The position numbers and the translations under genes are program-made. The notes below the pieces were generated by a model. It searched no databases. It had not been told where the DNA came from and was given only the letters and a program-made list of their open reading frames with translations. From Spirochaetia bacterium (lineage in GTDB: Bacteria > Spirochaetota > Spirochaetia > DSM-2461): a stretch of 64,000 nucleotides of DNA. This document shows positions 50,691 to 62,211 of this stretch, piece after piece (position 1 is the stretch's first letter; each line of letters opens with the position of its first letter). The DNA lies in NCBI GenBank assembly GCA_963668315.1, contig OY764216.1, forward strand, positions 1,376,001 to 1,440,000, given 5' to 3'.

Positions 50691-51341
50691 ATGACGAAAA
50701 AAGCCCCTGAGCAGGAAGAAATTAAAGATTCCTCTCCGGAAGGTGTGGAAGAAGATGTGTCTCTTGAAGAAACACAGAACGAAGAGGCGGATCGGGAAGA
50801 AAATCCCGATGAAGAAGAGGATGATCTGATGAAAGAACTTGAAGCCCTTAAGGAAGAAAACGGAACTCTCAAGGATCAGCTTTTAAGGAAGTCCGCCGAT
50901 TTTGAGAATTACAGAAAACGGATGCTGCGGGAAAAGCAGGATACCGTAAAATTCGGTAACCAGGAAATCCTGAAGGATTTGATAGAGGTTATCGATAACT
51001 TTGAAAGAGCGCTTAATTCTTCGGGGGAATCAAAGGATTTCGATTCTTTTTATGACGGAATTTCCATGATTGAGCAGCAGTTTACCAATATGCTGGCTTC
51101 GAAGTACAACCTTGTTAAGATGACAGACAGCGGAGAAGAGTACGATCCCAATTGTCACGAAGCGCTTATGATGGAGGAAACCGAAGAAGTAAAGGTCCCC
51201 ACGGTTATGGAAATTTTCCAGACCGGCTATTTACTTCACGACCGGGTACTGAGACCGGCAAAAGTGAAAGTGGGCAAACCTGCGATACCCGCTGAGCCGA
51301 ATGATGAAATTGACGCCGACGATGAAACGGCGGAAGCATAG
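50691..51341 (+). CDS. grpE: Nucleotide exchange factor GrpE
   Basis: ADFENYRKR, DNFERAL, YDPNCHEA, GY.LHDRVLRPAKVKV; upstream TTGACC-17-TATTTT. Confidence 0.96.
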   Translation: MTKKAPEQEEIKDSSPEGVEEDVSLEETQNEEADREENPDEEEDDLMKELEALKEENGTLKDQLLRKSADFENYRKRMLREKQDTVKFGNQEILKDLIEVIDNFERALNSSGESKDFDSFYDGISMIEQQFTNMLASKYNLVKMTDSGEEYDPNCHEALMMEETEEVKVPTVMEIFQTGYLLHDRVLRPAKVKVGKPAIPAEPNDEIDADDETAEA

Positions 51342-51378
51342 AATATAAAATAGAGAGTTAGGACGTAAGGAGACTGAA

Positions 51379-53319
51379 ATGGGTAAGATTATTGGTATTG
51401 ACTTGGGTACGACAAACTCCTGTGTCGCCGTTATGGAAGGCGGCGAACCCCAGGTTATTCAGAACGAAGAGGGACAGAGAACGACTCCCTCCATTGTAGC
51501 TTATACAGAAAAGGGCGAACGCCTTGTGGGACAGCCGGCCAAGAACCAGATGGTTACCAACCCGGAGAATACGATCTTTTCCATTAAGCGTTTCATGGGA
51601 CGTCATTATAATGAAGTCAGTGAAGAGCTGGGAATGATCCCCTATAAAGTGGAGAAAGGTGCTTCCGGAGATATCCGGGTGGACTCCCGCGGCAAGCAGT
51701 ATTCCCCTCCCGAAATTTCCGCCGCCATTCTTCAGAAGATGAAGAAGACCGCAGAAGATTATCTCGGTGAGTCGGTAACCGAAGCGGTTATTACCGTTCC
51801 CGCCTATTTTAACGATGCCCAGAGACAGGCTACCAAAGATGCGGGACGCATCGCCGGTCTCGAAGTAAAGAGAATTGTTAACGAGCCTACCGCCGCCGCC
51901 CTTTCCTACGGTTTCGGCAAGGAACAGAACGATCATAAAATCGCCGTTTACGACCTGGGAGGCGGTACTTTCGATATCTCTATCCTGGAACTGGGTGACG
52001 GTGTTTTCGAAGTTAAGTCAACCAACGGTGATACCCACCTCGGAGGTGATAACTTCGACCAGGTGATCATTGACTGGCTTGTTTCCAGCTTCAAGAACGA
52101 TCAGGGAATCGATCTGTCCCAGGACAGAATGGCCCTTCAGAGACTCAAGGAAGCGGCGGAGAAGGCAAAGAAAGAGCTTTCCACGACCCAGTCTTCGGAC
52201 ATCAACCTGCCCTTTATCACGGCAGACGCCTCCGGTCCCAAGCACCTTCAGTATAACCTGAGCCGTGCCAAGTTCGAGCAGATGGCAGGCAGCCTGGTGG
52301 AAAGAACCAGAATCCCCTGTGAAAAAGCCCTTAAAGATGCCGGTTACACTCCTGCCGATATTGACGAAGTTATCCTCGTCGGAGGTTCCTCCCGAATCCC
52401 CGCCGTACAGGAAATGGTAAAGGCCATTTTTAAGAAAGAGCCCCACAGAGGTGTGAACCCCGATGAAGTAGTTGCCATGGGTGCTGCCATCCAGGGCGGT
52501 GTACTCGGCGGTGATGTTAACGATATTCTTCTTCTGGATGTTACGCCCCTTTCCCTCGGTATCGAGACTCTGGGCGGTGTAACCACAAGACTTATCGAAA
52601 GAAACACTACGATCCCCACCAAGAAAAGCCAGATCTTTTCCACCGCTGCGGATAACCAGAATGCCGTTTCCATCAAAGTCCTTCAGGGTGAGCGTGAAAT
52701 GGCCAAGGATAACCGTGTCCTGGGCAACTTTGACCTGGTCGGTATTCCCCCCGCACCCCGCGGCGTTCCCCAGATCGAGGTAACCTTCGATATTGACGCC
52801 AACGGTATTGTGCACGTTTCCGCCAAGGATATGGGTACGGGCAAGGAACAGAAGATCAGAATCGAATCTTCCTCCGGTCTTTCCGAGAGCGAAATCGAGA
52901 AGATGGTTCATGACGCAGAGGCGAATGCCGCTTCAGATAAGGCTGTACGCGAAAAAGCGGAAGTTACCAATGAAGCTGACAGCATGATCTACCAGACCGA
53001 GAAATCCCTCGGAGAACTGGGAGATAAGATCAGCGCCGATGAAAAGAGCAAGATTGAGGCGGCGATTTCCGATCTCAAGAAAGCTCTTGAAGGGGGAGAT
53101 CTGGAGAATATCAAGGCTAAAAACGAAGCTTTGAAACAGGCCTCCTATAAACTGGCGGAAGAGGTGTATAAGCAGCAGGCCGGTCAGCAGGCCGGCGGAG
53201 CAGGTCCCGACATGGGGGCAGGCGCCGGACCCGGACCGGATATGGGCGGAGCAGGAGAACAGTCTTCTTCCGACGACAATTCGGCTGAAGATGCTGACTA
53301 CGAAGTTGTGGACGAGTAA
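51379..53319 (+). CDS. dnaK: Chaperone DnaK
   Basis: [40 protein letters not shown]. Confidence 0.99.
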   Translation: MGKIIGIDLGTTNSCVAVMEGGEPQVIQNEEGQRTTPSIVAYTEKGERLVGQPAKNQMVTNPENTIFSIKRFMGRHYNEVSEELGMIPYKVEKGASGDIRVDSRGKQYSPPEISAAILQKMKKTAEDYLGESVTEAVITVPAYFNDAQRQATKDAGRIAGLEVKRIVNEPTAAALSYGFGKEQNDHKIAVYDLGGGTFDISILELGDGVFEVKSTNGDTHLGGDNFDQVIIDWLVSSFKNDQGIDLSQDRMALQRLKEAAEKAKKELSTTQSSDINLPFITADASGPKHLQYNLSRAKFEQMAGSLVERTRIPCEKALKDAGYTPADIDEVILVGGSSRIPAVQEMVKAIFKKEPHRGVNPDEVVAMGAAIQGGVLGGDVNDILLLDVTPLSLGIETLGGVTTRLIERNTTIPTKKSQIFSTAADNQNAVSIKVLQGEREMAKDNRVLGNFDLVGIPPAPRGVPQIEVTFDIDANGIVHVSAKDMGTGKEQKIRIESSSGLSESEIEKMVHDAEANAASDKAVREKAEVTNEADSMIYQTEKSLGELGDKISADEKSKIEAAISDLKKALEGGDLENIKAKNEALKQASYKLAEEVYKQQAGQQAGGAGPDMGAGAGPGPDMGGAGEQSSSDDNSAEDADYEVVDE

Positions 53320-53324
53320 AATCG

Positions 53325-54452
53325 GTGGCCAAGAAAGATTACTACGAAGTTCTGGGGGTCGAGAAATCGGCCCAGCCGGACGAGATAAAAAAAGCTTACA
53401 GAAAACTTGCAATCAAGTATCATCCGGACCGTAACCAGGGAGATGATGAAGCGGAGAAGAAATTCAAGGAAGCCACCGAGGCTTATGAAGTTCTTTCCGA
53501 TGAGAAGAAACGTCAGGCCTATGACCAATACGGCTTTGCCGGTGTTGACGGCATGGGCGGACCTTCATTCAACTCTCAGGCTTTCTCGGGCTTCGAGGAT
53601 ATCTTCGGTGACTTCTCCTCTATTTTCGACTCCTTTTTCGGAGGAGGAATGGGGGGGCACGCCCGGGGAGGCCGCAGAGCCAACCGCGGGCAGGATCTCC
53701 GTTATGATTTGAGGATCGACTTCTCCGAAGCGGTCTACGGAGTCAAAAAAGAGATCGAGTACCACCGTCAGGCGGCCTGTCCCTCCTGCCACGGCAGCGG
53801 TGCCGAATCGGGCAGCGGAACGAAAACCTGTCCTTCCTGCGGAGGAACGGGTCAGGTAAGGAGAAGTTCCGGCTTCTTCAGTATAGCCTCTCCCTGTTCG
53901 GCATGTAACGGGGAAGGGACGATCATCGAGAATCCCTGCCATGACTGCCGCGGCTCCGGTGTGGTGAGAAAAAGCCAGAAGGTCAAAGTTACCATTCCTG
54001 CCGGAATCGACGGCGGGAAGAGAATACGGCTGGACGGTCAGGGCAACGCTCCCCAGAAGGGGGGTGTCCCGGGTGATCTTTACGTCTATATAGATGTAAA
54101 ACCCCATCCCCATTTCGAGAGGGATGAGTATGATCTCTACTGTGTTGTACCTATCTCCTTTTCCCAGGCCGCATTGGGCACGGATATTCTCGTTCGTACT
54201 CTTGACGATAAGAAAATCAAGCTCAAGATTGCCTCGGGAACTCAAAACGGGAAAATTCTCCGGATCAAAGGAGAAGGAGTCCCTGTCCTTCACGGCGGAG
54301 GCCGGAAGGGCGATATGTATGTGAAGATCTTTGTGGAGGTCCCCACGAAACTTTCCGCCAAGGAGAAGTCCATTCTTAAGGATTTCGCCCAGGTTCATGG
54401 AGAGACAAGTGAACCGATACCTTATACGCTGGACCAACTGAGAAAAATATAA
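53325..54452 (+). CDS. dnaJ: Chaperone DnaJ
   Basis: J domain HPD, G/F region, four CxxCxGxG repeats. Confidence 0.98.
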   Translation: MAKKDYYEVLGVEKSAQPDEIKKAYRKLAIKYHPDRNQGDDEAEKKFKEATEAYEVLSDEKKRQAYDQYGFAGVDGMGGPSFNSQAFSGFEDIFGDFSSIFDSFFGGGMGGHARGGRRANRGQDLRYDLRIDFSEAVYGVKKEIEYHRQAACPSCHGSGAESGSGTKTCPSCGGTGQVRRSSGFFSIASPCSACNGEGTIIENPCHDCRGSGVVRKSQKVKVTIPAGIDGGKRIRLDGQGNAPQKGGVPGDLYVYIDVKPHPHFERDEYDLYCVVPISFSQAALGTDILVRTLDDKKIKLKIASGTQNGKILRIKGEGVPVLHGGGRKGDMYVKIFVEVPTKLSAKEKSILKDFAQVHGETSEPIPYTLDQLRKI

Positions 54453-54475
54453 TCTGCAGCGGCAGTAAAACATGG

Positions 54476-54506
54476 AAAGCCGGTCCGGAAAGGATCGGCT
54501 TTTTTT
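54476..54506 (+). terminator. Rho-independent terminator of the dnaK operon
   Basis: AAAGCCGGTCC-loop-GGATCGGCTTTTTTT. Confidence 0.85.
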
Positions 54507-54547
54507 ATTTGTACAATAAATAATGTTGATCTATATTGTAGGAAGAT

Positions 54548-56251
54548 ATGGTAAGTAAAACGTCAATCCTTTACCTGTTCGTCCTGCTCGCCCTTTCCTG
54601 TCATCTATATTCCGAGTCCCTGCAGGTGTCGGAAGGAGTTCTGGATCTGCGTTTCAAGGAACTCTCCGGTGTTTTACCGCTGGTGGGGGAGTGGGACTTT
54701 CAGAATGACAAGGGGGAAAGGTCACGGATTAAGGTCCCCGGAGGATGGGAAAGCAACACCGGGTACAACATTGGCCGGGGCGTTTATTCCCTGACCATTC
54801 TTAACGATCACAGGCCGGGCGGTGACGCGGGCCTTCTTCTGACAAAGCTCAATCAGAATCTGCGGGTTTATATAAACGGGAGCCTTGTCTTTGATTCCAT
54901 AAGCACAGGAAATACTTTTCTCAATTATACCCGTTCTGTCATTCCTGTTCCCAAAGAGGATATCGTAAAAATCGTCATTGTTATGGATAATTCTTTCTTC
55001 CGCAGGGGAGGAATGCACCATGCTATTCTTATTGGACCCTACAGCCGTATCCTTAAGTATAAATACGGAAATATGATAAGGGAGTCGGCTATCTCCGGGA
55101 TTCTCTTCTTTCTGTTTCTTTACAATTTATTTCTTTTCATAAACCACTATTCCCTGAGATCCAGTCTCTACCTGAGTCTTGTCTCCCTCTTCTTTGCTTT
55201 AAGAGGTCTGCTGTCCGGAGAGCTTCTCGTGGAGATGTTACTTCCCGATATCATGTTCTATTACCAGTTCCGCTGGGACTTTATCCTTCTTTATCTGGGT
55301 GTCGTCTGTATTATTCTTTTTGTATGGACGTTTTTTGATTTTGAAGGCAGAAGCCTGAGGCTGATGACCCGGCTGTTCGTTGTGACAGGTCTTATCCTTG
55401 CTCTTATCACACTACTCATTCCAAGGGCTGCGGTCAGCAGCAGCATCTTTATCCTGCAGGGGTATGGGCTTCTAGGTTTCTTCTACGGAATTTACCTCCT
55501 GCTTATCCAGATAAGGAGAGGAGAGCTTGAGGCTCTGTTCATATTTCTTGGTTCCCTGGTCTTTTTCTGCTTCACCTGCCTTGATATCTATACCATACAC
55601 AGGGGAAAACTCCTCTATGAGCTGACTCAGCAGGGACTTCTTTTCTTTCTGCTTTCCGATTTCCTGGTTCTGACAAGGAAGTTCGGCAAGGCATATCTCA
55701 AGGCCGAAAAATTATCCCGGGAACTTGAGAAGGAAGTGGCCCGACAGACCGGAGAACTCAAAGAACTGTCCCGTACCGACCCCCTGACGGGAATAAACAA
55801 CCGACGCCGGTTCTTTGAGCTGGGGCACAGGGAGATAGGGATTCATAAACGGCAGGGAAGGCCGCTCTCTCTTTTGATGTTCGATCTGGATCATTTCAAG
55901 AAGATAAATGACAGGTACGGCCATAGTATCGGAGACAAAGCTTTGATTTTTACGACGGAACTATGCCGGGAAGAAGTCAGGGCTTCCGATATCTTCGGCA
56001 GACTGGGAGGAGAGGAATTCGCCTTGATTCTCCTGGAAACGGAACTTGAGAAAGCCAGGGACACCGCCGAGAGAATACGAAGCAGGCTGGAAATCTCTTC
56101 AACGGGGAGAAGTGACGGAATTCCCCCCATGACAATGAGTATAGGAATTATTTCCTTCAAACCGGAGGAATCCCTGGAAGAAGGTCTGGAAAGGGCTGAT
56201 AATTTGATGTATAAGGCCAAAGAGGGCGGAAGAAACCGGATTATTGGATAA
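54548..56251 (+). CDS. Membrane diguanylate cyclase (7TM-DISM-like sensor + GGDEF)
   Basis: Signal peptide, beta-rich extracellular domain, ~7 TM, DPLTG, RASD I-site, GGEEF. Confidence 0.9.
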   Translation: MVSKTSILYLFVLLALSCHLYSESLQVSEGVLDLRFKELSGVLPLVGEWDFQNDKGERSRIKVPGGWESNTGYNIGRGVYSLTILNDHRPGGDAGLLLTKLNQNLRVYINGSLVFDSISTGNTFLNYTRSVIPVPKEDIVKIVIVMDNSFFRRGGMHHAILIGPYSRILKYKYGNMIRESAISGILFFLFLYNLFLFINHYSLRSSLYLSLVSLFFALRGLLSGELLVEMLLPDIMFYYQFRWDFILLYLGVVCIILFVWTFFDFEGRSLRLMTRLFVVTGLILALITLLIPRAAVSSSIFILQGYGLLGFFYGIYLLLIQIRRGELEALFIFLGSLVFFCFTCLDIYTIHRGKLLYELTQQGLLFFLLSDFLVLTRKFGKAYLKAEKLSRELEKEVARQTGELKELSRTDPLTGINNRRRFFELGHREIGIHKRQGRPLSLLMFDLDHFKKINDRYGHSIGDKALIFTTELCREEVRASDIFGRLGGEEFALILLETELEKARDTAERIRSRLEISSTGRSDGIPPMTMSIGIISFKPEESLEEGLERADNLMYKAKEGGRNRIIG

Positions 56252-56303
56252 AGTCCTATCCCCCGTGTTTGATCGGCAAATATAATTTGGTTATACTTAC
56301 TGC

Positions 56304-58010
56304 ATGGTTCGCTTTCCTCTGCTGTTCGCAGTATTAACTTCTTTATGCTCCACTCTTTTTCCCCTTTCGGCATCGAAGGGGACGATTGACCTGCGGGGTG
56401 AGGATTTTACCCGTGTATACCGTCTGACCGGAGAGTGGATTTTTACCGATACCAGCGGAAATAAATCGCTAAGATCTGCACCGGACAGCTGGAATGATAT
56501 TTACGGAACACCCCTGGGGAAGGGGTCGTATTCAATCCGGATTCTTCTTCCCGAAACACTCGATAAGGATCTGGCTCTATTTCTCCCCAAGTATAACCAG
56601 ATCGTTACTGTCCGTTCCGGAGACAGGACTCTTTACGGGGCGGAACACCCGGGGAAGGATAGTCCCGGCTTTATCAAGGATCTGATAGTCTGGCGTGAAT
56701 CGGGAGATTTTATCCTCAGCATTGATCTGGAGAACTTTTTTTACAGAAAAGGAGGACTTCATCATGCTCCCTATCTGGGCAGTTATGACTCCATCATCCG
56801 GTACAGGAACAGATTACTTCTTTCCCAGGCTTCTGTCGTGGCCATACTCTTCTTTTTATTTCTCTTCAGCTTTTTCCTCTATCTGAACAAGTACTTCTCC
56901 CTGTCCTCCCTGGCTCTGGGATTGGCGGCACTGACATTTTCCTTGCGGGGGCTGATGACGGGCGAGATACTTTGTGAGATATATTTTCCGTCCATTCCCT
57001 GGCAGATCCCTTACCGGGCAGACTATGTCCTTCTGTATCTGGGAGGGATGTTTATCATCCACCATCTCTTCTTCTATTTTGAGGCGCGAGATTCTCATCA
57101 CGGTATGACCGCACGGCTTCTGGAAATCCTCGGTATGGCCGGGGCTCTCCTCTCCCTGATACTCCCTCTTCGCCTGGTCAGTCTGAGCATCTATGTCGTC
57201 CAGTTTTATGGTATGGCCATTTTCGTAAACTGCCTGATTTTATTGTCCCATATGGTCAAAAAGAAAAATCCCGAAGCGAGGATCATCTTTGCCGGGGCAT
57301 TTCTCTTTTTTATTCTTGCGGCTGTGGATATCATTAATACCCACGGCAGACACATCATTCCCAATGCGACGCAGAAGGGGATGCTGCTCTTTATTCTGTC
57401 CCAGTTTATCGTGCTGACGAGAAGATTGGTAAAGGCCCATCGAAAATCGGAAATGCTCTCAAAGGAACTGGAGCAGGAAGTCTCCCGGCAGACATGGGAA
57501 CTGAAAAAGCTTTCCCGGACCGACCCTCTCACCGGGATTGGAAACCGGCGGCAGTTTTACGAGCTGGGAGAAAGGGAAACGGCCATCCATAACAGATACG
57601 GCCACCCCCTTGCTCTTATGATGCTTGATCTTGACCACTTTAAGAAGATCAACGACCAGTACGGGCATAGCGCCGGGGATAATGCGCTTATCCATATGAC
57701 CCGCATAATCCATCAGTTTATAAGGGAAACGGATATATTCGGACGACTGGGAGGGGAGGAGTTTGCCCTGCTCCTATTGGAAACGCCCCTCTCCCGTGGG
57801 AAGGAAGCGGCCCAGCGCATCAGGCGGGAATTGGAGAAATCCACAGAAAACGGGGAAAGCGGGATTCCCCCCATGACGGTAAGCATCGGCCTTGTCTCCC
57901 TTCGGGAAGGAGAAACCCTGGCCGATGCCATGGAGCGGGCCGATGCCCTTATGTACGAGGCCAAGAAGAACGGCCGCAACAGAGTCGTGACAGAGGAAAT
58001 CAGCGGATAA
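56304..58010 (+). CDS. Membrane diguanylate cyclase (7TM-DISM-like sensor + GGDEF), tandem paralog
   Basis: Same architecture; RETD I-site, GGEEF. Confidence 0.9.
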   Translation: MVRFPLLFAVLTSLCSTLFPLSASKGTIDLRGEDFTRVYRLTGEWIFTDTSGNKSLRSAPDSWNDIYGTPLGKGSYSIRILLPETLDKDLALFLPKYNQIVTVRSGDRTLYGAEHPGKDSPGFIKDLIVWRESGDFILSIDLENFFYRKGGLHHAPYLGSYDSIIRYRNRLLLSQASVVAILFFLFLFSFFLYLNKYFSLSSLALGLAALTFSLRGLMTGEILCEIYFPSIPWQIPYRADYVLLYLGGMFIIHHLFFYFEARDSHHGMTARLLEILGMAGALLSLILPLRLVSLSIYVVQFYGMAIFVNCLILLSHMVKKKNPEARIIFAGAFLFFILAAVDIINTHGRHIIPNATQKGMLLFILSQFIVLTRRLVKAHRKSEMLSKELEQEVSRQTWELKKLSRTDPLTGIGNRRQFYELGERETAIHNRYGHPLALMMLDLDHFKKINDQYGHSAGDNALIHMTRIIHQFIRETDIFGRLGGEEFALLLLETPLSRGKEAAQRIRRELEKSTENGESGIPPMTVSIGLVSLREGETLADAMERADALMYEAKKNGRNRVVTEEISG

Positions 58011-59346
58011 GTTCTGAAAACGCCCGGTTTATCTTCTCTTCCATGGCCGTCCGCTCAGCCTCCAGGGCTTTGAGCGCTTCCTTCGACGGGTCCAGGTTCA
58101 GGCATCCCGTTGTTCCCGGATAGGTCCGGGATTTCAGAGAATCCTCCGGATCTCGCGACTGCAGCGATGTGAGATTCAGACCCACTTCCCGATAGGCATC
58201 ACGGAAGCTGGCGCCATCGGCCACCAGCTCCAGAGCATAATCGGTGGCATAGATGTCCGGAGTAAAGCCTTTAATCAGATTGTCCCTGTTCACTGTCATC
58301 TTCTCTACTGTCAGATCCATAATACGAAGAGAGATCAGGGCCAGGTGACAGCCTTTGAGAAAGGGTTCCTTGGTTTCCTGGAAATCCCGGTTGTATCCGG
58401 AGGGAAGGGAGCGGACAATGTTTTTCACCTGCATGGCATAGGCCGAGAGGGTGCCCGATTTGGCGCGGAGCAGTTCCAGGCCGTCGGGGTTCTTCTTCTG
58501 GGGCATGATGCTGGAGCCGGAACAGAGATCCATGGGAAGGGAAAAGTAACCGAATTCCGGGAGGGAGAAGAGAATCAGGTCCTGGGCCATCTTGCTCAGA
58601 GTCAGTCCCGTCTGGTCCAGCAGGTCCAGGATAAGCGACTCTATTCTGCCGCGGGAGTTATTCACGTAAAGCACGTTGTTCTGAACCCGGGAGAATCCCA
58701 TCAGGTCGGCGGTCATCTGCCTGTCCAGGGGAAGGGGAACGCCGTAACTGGCTGCCGACCCCAGGGGGTTCTGATCTACCACATCGAAAAGTCCCCGGGC
58801 CAGTCGGAACTGATCGGTCAACTCCTCCGCCCAGGCGGCCATCCAGAGACCGACCGAGGAGGGCATGGCGATCTGCATATGGGTACGTCCCGGCATGGGA
58901 GTGCCTGCATGCTCATCGGCCAGGGTATAGAGACGGTCCGCCAGGGAACCGAGGGTCTTCATATAGGTAAGGAGAAAGGAGCGGGCGTAGAGACGCAGGG
59001 CCGTGATGACCTGGTCATTGCGGCTTCGGCCGGTATGAATCTTCTTGCCGGCGTCCCCTATATGTTCGGTGAGGTAATTCTCTATGGCCGTATGGCCGTC
59101 TTCATCGCTCCGCAGAATTGGGAAAGCCCCTTTTCCGTGAAGATCGAGAATCTCCCTGATGCCTTTTTTGAGGCCATTCAGTTCCTCTTCGGAGAGAATC
59201 CCGATTTTCGTCAGCATAGCCGCATGGGCCGTGCTGGCCAGGCAGTCCGATTCCACCAGGTCCTGATCCAGCAGATAATCGCTGCCCACCGTAAATTCTT
59301 CTATCAATTCGTTTAATTCGTAATTCTTTGCCCAGATCTTGCTCAT
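58000..59346 (-). CDS. argH: Argininosuccinate lyase
   Basis: HTGRSRNDQV, GRTHMQ, GSSIMPQKKNPD, GYNRDFQE. Confidence 0.96.
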   Translation of the reverse strand: MSKIWAKNYELNELIEEFTVGSDYLLDQDLVESDCLASTAHAAMLTKIGILSEEELNGLKKGIREILDLHGKGAFPILRSDEDGHTAIENYLTEHIGDAGKKIHTGRSRNDQVITALRLYARSFLLTYMKTLGSLADRLYTLADEHAGTPMPGRTHMQIAMPSSVGLWMAAWAEELTDQFRLARGLFDVVDQNPLGSAASYGVPLPLDRQMTADLMGFSRVQNNVLYVNNSRGRIESLILDLLDQTGLTLSKMAQDLILFSLPEFGYFSLPMDLCSGSSIMPQKKNPDGLELLRAKSGTLSAYAMQVKNIVRSLPSGYNRDFQETKEPFLKGCHLALISLRIMDLTVEKMTVNRDNLIKGFTPDIYATDYALELVADGASFRDAYREVGLNLTSLQSRDPEDSLKSRTYPGTTGCLNLDPSKEALKALEAERTAMEEKINRAFSELIR

Positions 59347-59450
59347 GGGCTGTATTATAGCCAACCGGGACTGACGTGACAAACCCTATTCACCCAAAAG
59401 ACACAGGATTTCCTTTGAGAAATCCCCTTCGTTAAGCTATATTTAGGGGT

Positions 59451-60059
59451 ATGAAGTTAAAAATTGCCTCTCTGGTCTTTCTTCTGGTTCTTATTCCTGT
59501 TTATAGTCTGGATATTGATATAAGCGTCGGGCCGGCCTACGCCTTTTACGGGTTTCATGCAGCAGAGGGTACCACGGTGGAATTGGAGTCACAGTATCAT
59601 ACCATCGGAGCGGATCTGGGCGGCACCTGTATCCTGACTCCGGAGTGGGAAATCCGGTCGAATCTGTTTCTCGGATTTCCCGTAAGCGGTGCTGTTTATC
59701 TGGACAATGAATTGTATAATAAGCCGGATCTCTCGGAATACGATCTGTATTCCTTCTATTTTAATCTAACCACGGGGCCGGCATACAGAATCGGGAAAAA
59801 TGCATTCTCCCTGTCTCTGGGGCCGATCCTTGTTCTGAATGACTTTGTACTGGCCGCCTCCGATGACGATCCGGAATACGTTATTTCCTATACCCTGGGA
59901 ATCGGAGGAGCGGGACATATCGAATACTCTCTGGACAACTGGATTCTTTATGCCGATATTAAGGGCGCTTTTAATTTCCGTGAGATGCTGGTGAAGCATG
60001 ACGATTTTTCCTATGCCTACGGCGGGGAAGTCTCTTTGGGAGGCGTATGGAGACTCTGA
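59451..60059 (+). CDS. Exported beta-barrel-like hypothetical protein
   Basis: Signal peptide; alternating beta strands; C-terminal GGVWRL. Confidence 0.65.
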   Translation: MKLKIASLVFLLVLIPVYSLDIDISVGPAYAFYGFHAAEGTTVELESQYHTIGADLGGTCILTPEWEIRSNLFLGFPVSGAVYLDNELYNKPDLSEYDLYSFYFNLTTGPAYRIGKNAFSLSLGPILVLNDFVLAASDDDPEYVISYTLGIGGAGHIEYSLDNWILYADIKGAFNFREMLVKHDDFSYAYGGEVSLGGVWRL

Positions 60060-61612
60060 TGAATTTCAAATATGCGATATTGGGAGCCATTCTGCTTTTA
60101 GAATTGGTATCCTGTCCTTTACCCGATGGGGAAACAAACACTTATGCCGAAAGTCTGACAAGCTATATTGATTATCGGAATAAATCGACGGACTGGACCG
60201 TGATGTATTATGTGGATGGTGATAACAATCTGGAGACTTATCTGCTTGATGATATCAGTGAGCTTTCCGAGGGGCTGGAATCTACTGACCTGATCAATGT
60301 TATCGCCCTGGTCGACCGGGTTGATGGCTATTCCTCCGACTCTTCCGTTTTGGGCAGTGATTTTACCGATACCCGTCTTTTCAGGATTGGAAGCGGTGAA
60401 ATCTATGATATACCGGGGAAGGAGTATTTTCCCGATATCGGGGAGAATCTTTCCGGCGAATATAACATGGGAGACGGGGAGACCTTAAAGAGTTTTATTG
60501 AATATTGCAAAGCCTATTATCCGGCGGAGAATTATGCATTGATATTTTCCAATCATGGAGGGGGAGTCAGAGGGAGCGTCAGTGATCGCTCTACATCCGA
60601 AAGTAGCACCGCCGCTTTGCCAAGTAAAGCGGTTTGTTATGACGATTCTTCCAATGGAGACTGTCTATATACGGCGGAAATTACCGATATTCTGGATAGT
60701 TCACATTCGGTGGATCTCATGGTATATGATGCCTGTGATCTGGGCCTGGTGGAGATAGCCTATCAATACCGACCAAACAGCGGGGACTTTTCTGCTGATT
60801 ATATGGCGGCTTCCTCTACTACCGTCTGGGGATATGGATTACCCTATGATGCCATTTTCGAGCGGATCTCCCGGAGCCGTTCAGGGACGACGGGTTATAG
60901 AAGCAATGTGAAGGATGGAATAGACTATGATACGGTTTATTATTCTCCTTCTTCTTTGACGCCGAAAGAGTTCGGGCTGATTATAGTGGAGGAGCAGGAA
61001 AGGTCTACCCAGAATTCAAGTGATGGGACCGGGGAGGCTTTTTCCCTCTATGATCTCTCTGCGGTTGAAGCCGTCGTGGGAGAGCTGAATAACAAGGCCG
61101 CATCTCTAGGATTGGGAACAGGCGATCTGGATACGGCACAGTCCGCCTGTATTGCTTATGAAGACTCTGTTTATACTTCATCGGCAAATTATAACTCAAC
61201 CTATTACCCCCACTATGATTTATATGATTTCGGTTATTATATTGATAGTACTGATTCACCCCTCGAGAATGGCATAAAAGAGTATGTTGATGATATGGTC
61301 GTAGCTTCCTTCGGGGGATCTACATTTTCATCTGACTTTAAAGAAGGGGAAGAAGGCTTGGGATTTTTCTTCCCCGATGGTGACGACGCATATCTGGATG
61401 CTACACGCTGGGCTTATGAGTGGTGGTATACGGGAGAGGATACGGGGGCTTTATGGGATGATTCCTATCTATATGGGAAACTGGATTTCTGTACTGCCGA
61501 TGACGACGGCATCGTAGACGGGTGGTTCGAACTGCTCCAGTCGCTGTACAATCCCTATGATCCCCAGAGCCAATCGTCAGCTTATGACGCTTATCACCCC
61601 GGAAGATATTAA
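60059..61612 (+). CDS. Clostripain-family (C11) cysteine peptidase lipoprotein
   Basis: Lipobox LVS-C; WTVMYYVDGDNNLE; NMGD; NHGGG (His); YDAC (Cys). Confidence 0.88.
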   Translation: MNFKYAILGAILLLELVSCPLPDGETNTYAESLTSYIDYRNKSTDWTVMYYVDGDNNLETYLLDDISELSEGLESTDLINVIALVDRVDGYSSDSSVLGSDFTDTRLFRIGSGEIYDIPGKEYFPDIGENLSGEYNMGDGETLKSFIEYCKAYYPAENYALIFSNHGGGVRGSVSDRSTSESSTAALPSKAVCYDDSSNGDCLYTAEITDILDSSHSVDLMVYDACDLGLVEIAYQYRPNSGDFSADYMAASSTTVWGYGLPYDAIFERISRSRSGTTGYRSNVKDGIDYDTVYYSPSSLTPKEFGLIIVEEQERSTQNSSDGTGEAFSLYDLSAVEAVVGELNNKAASLGLGTGDLDTAQSACIAYEDSVYTSSANYNSTYYPHYDLYDFGYYIDSTDSPLENGIKEYVDDMVVASFGGSTFSSDFKEGEEGLGFFFPDGDDAYLDATRWAYEWWYTGEDTGALWDDSYLYGKLDFCTADDDGIVDGWFELLQSLYNPYDPQSQSSAYDAYHPGRY

Positions 61613-61623
61613 AAGAGGCTACT

Positions 61624-62154
61624 ATGAAGAAATATTTTTTGATTTGTACAGCGGTATTTTCTCTCTCCTTTCTTGCCGCAGGAGGGAAGGGCGAGTCGGT
61701 CAGTGATCCTGGCACAGCCTCGGGGGAAGGGCGTTCCATCAAGATTTCCTACCAGATACAGAAAAATGATGAAGGAAGTCGCTCCGAGGGCAGTATCCAT
61801 ATCCTCACGATTAATGGTTATACCCTGCCCTATGTCTTTTCCTATGTTTATGCGGCGGATGTCCCCTATGTCTTTGAGGATAAGACTCAGCGCTGGGATG
61901 ACGGCGGGTATATCAGAAATCTGGATGATAAGGGGACACCGCGCTTTGAAAAGTCTGCCCGGGAAATATCGGAGGATGACTGGACTCTCGGCTGGTATGA
62001 AGGTTCTACGCAGAAGAAAGGTACGCCCCGCTCTTGGGTCTATGTGGAGCGGGAGAATCTCAAGGCATTTGTAAATCCCGATGAATTAAGACGGTTTATC
62101 GAATATGAAAAGCCGGAATCTATCGCTAAGAACGAGCTCTTAGCTGTTCCGTAA
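61624..62154 (+). CDS. Hypothetical exported protein
   Basis: GAGG RBS; signal peptide followed by AGGKGE. Confidence 0.7.
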   Translation: MKKYFLICTAVFSLSFLAAGGKGESVSDPGTASGEGRSIKISYQIQKNDEGSRSEGSIHILTINGYTLPYVFSYVYAADVPYVFEDKTQRWDDGGYIRNLDDKGTPRFEKSAREISEDDWTLGWYEGSTQKKGTPRSWVYVERENLKAFVNPDELRRFIEYEKPESIAKNELLAVP

Positions 62155-62211
62155 ACCCGTTTCCCCGGGGATTATTTCACGATACCTATTTACGGATGAT
62201 AGGGGAAGCCA

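Noticed and set aside
53175..53260. Short repeats in the dnaK 3' end (GPDMG twice)
   Set aside because: Ordinary low-complexity DnaK tail.
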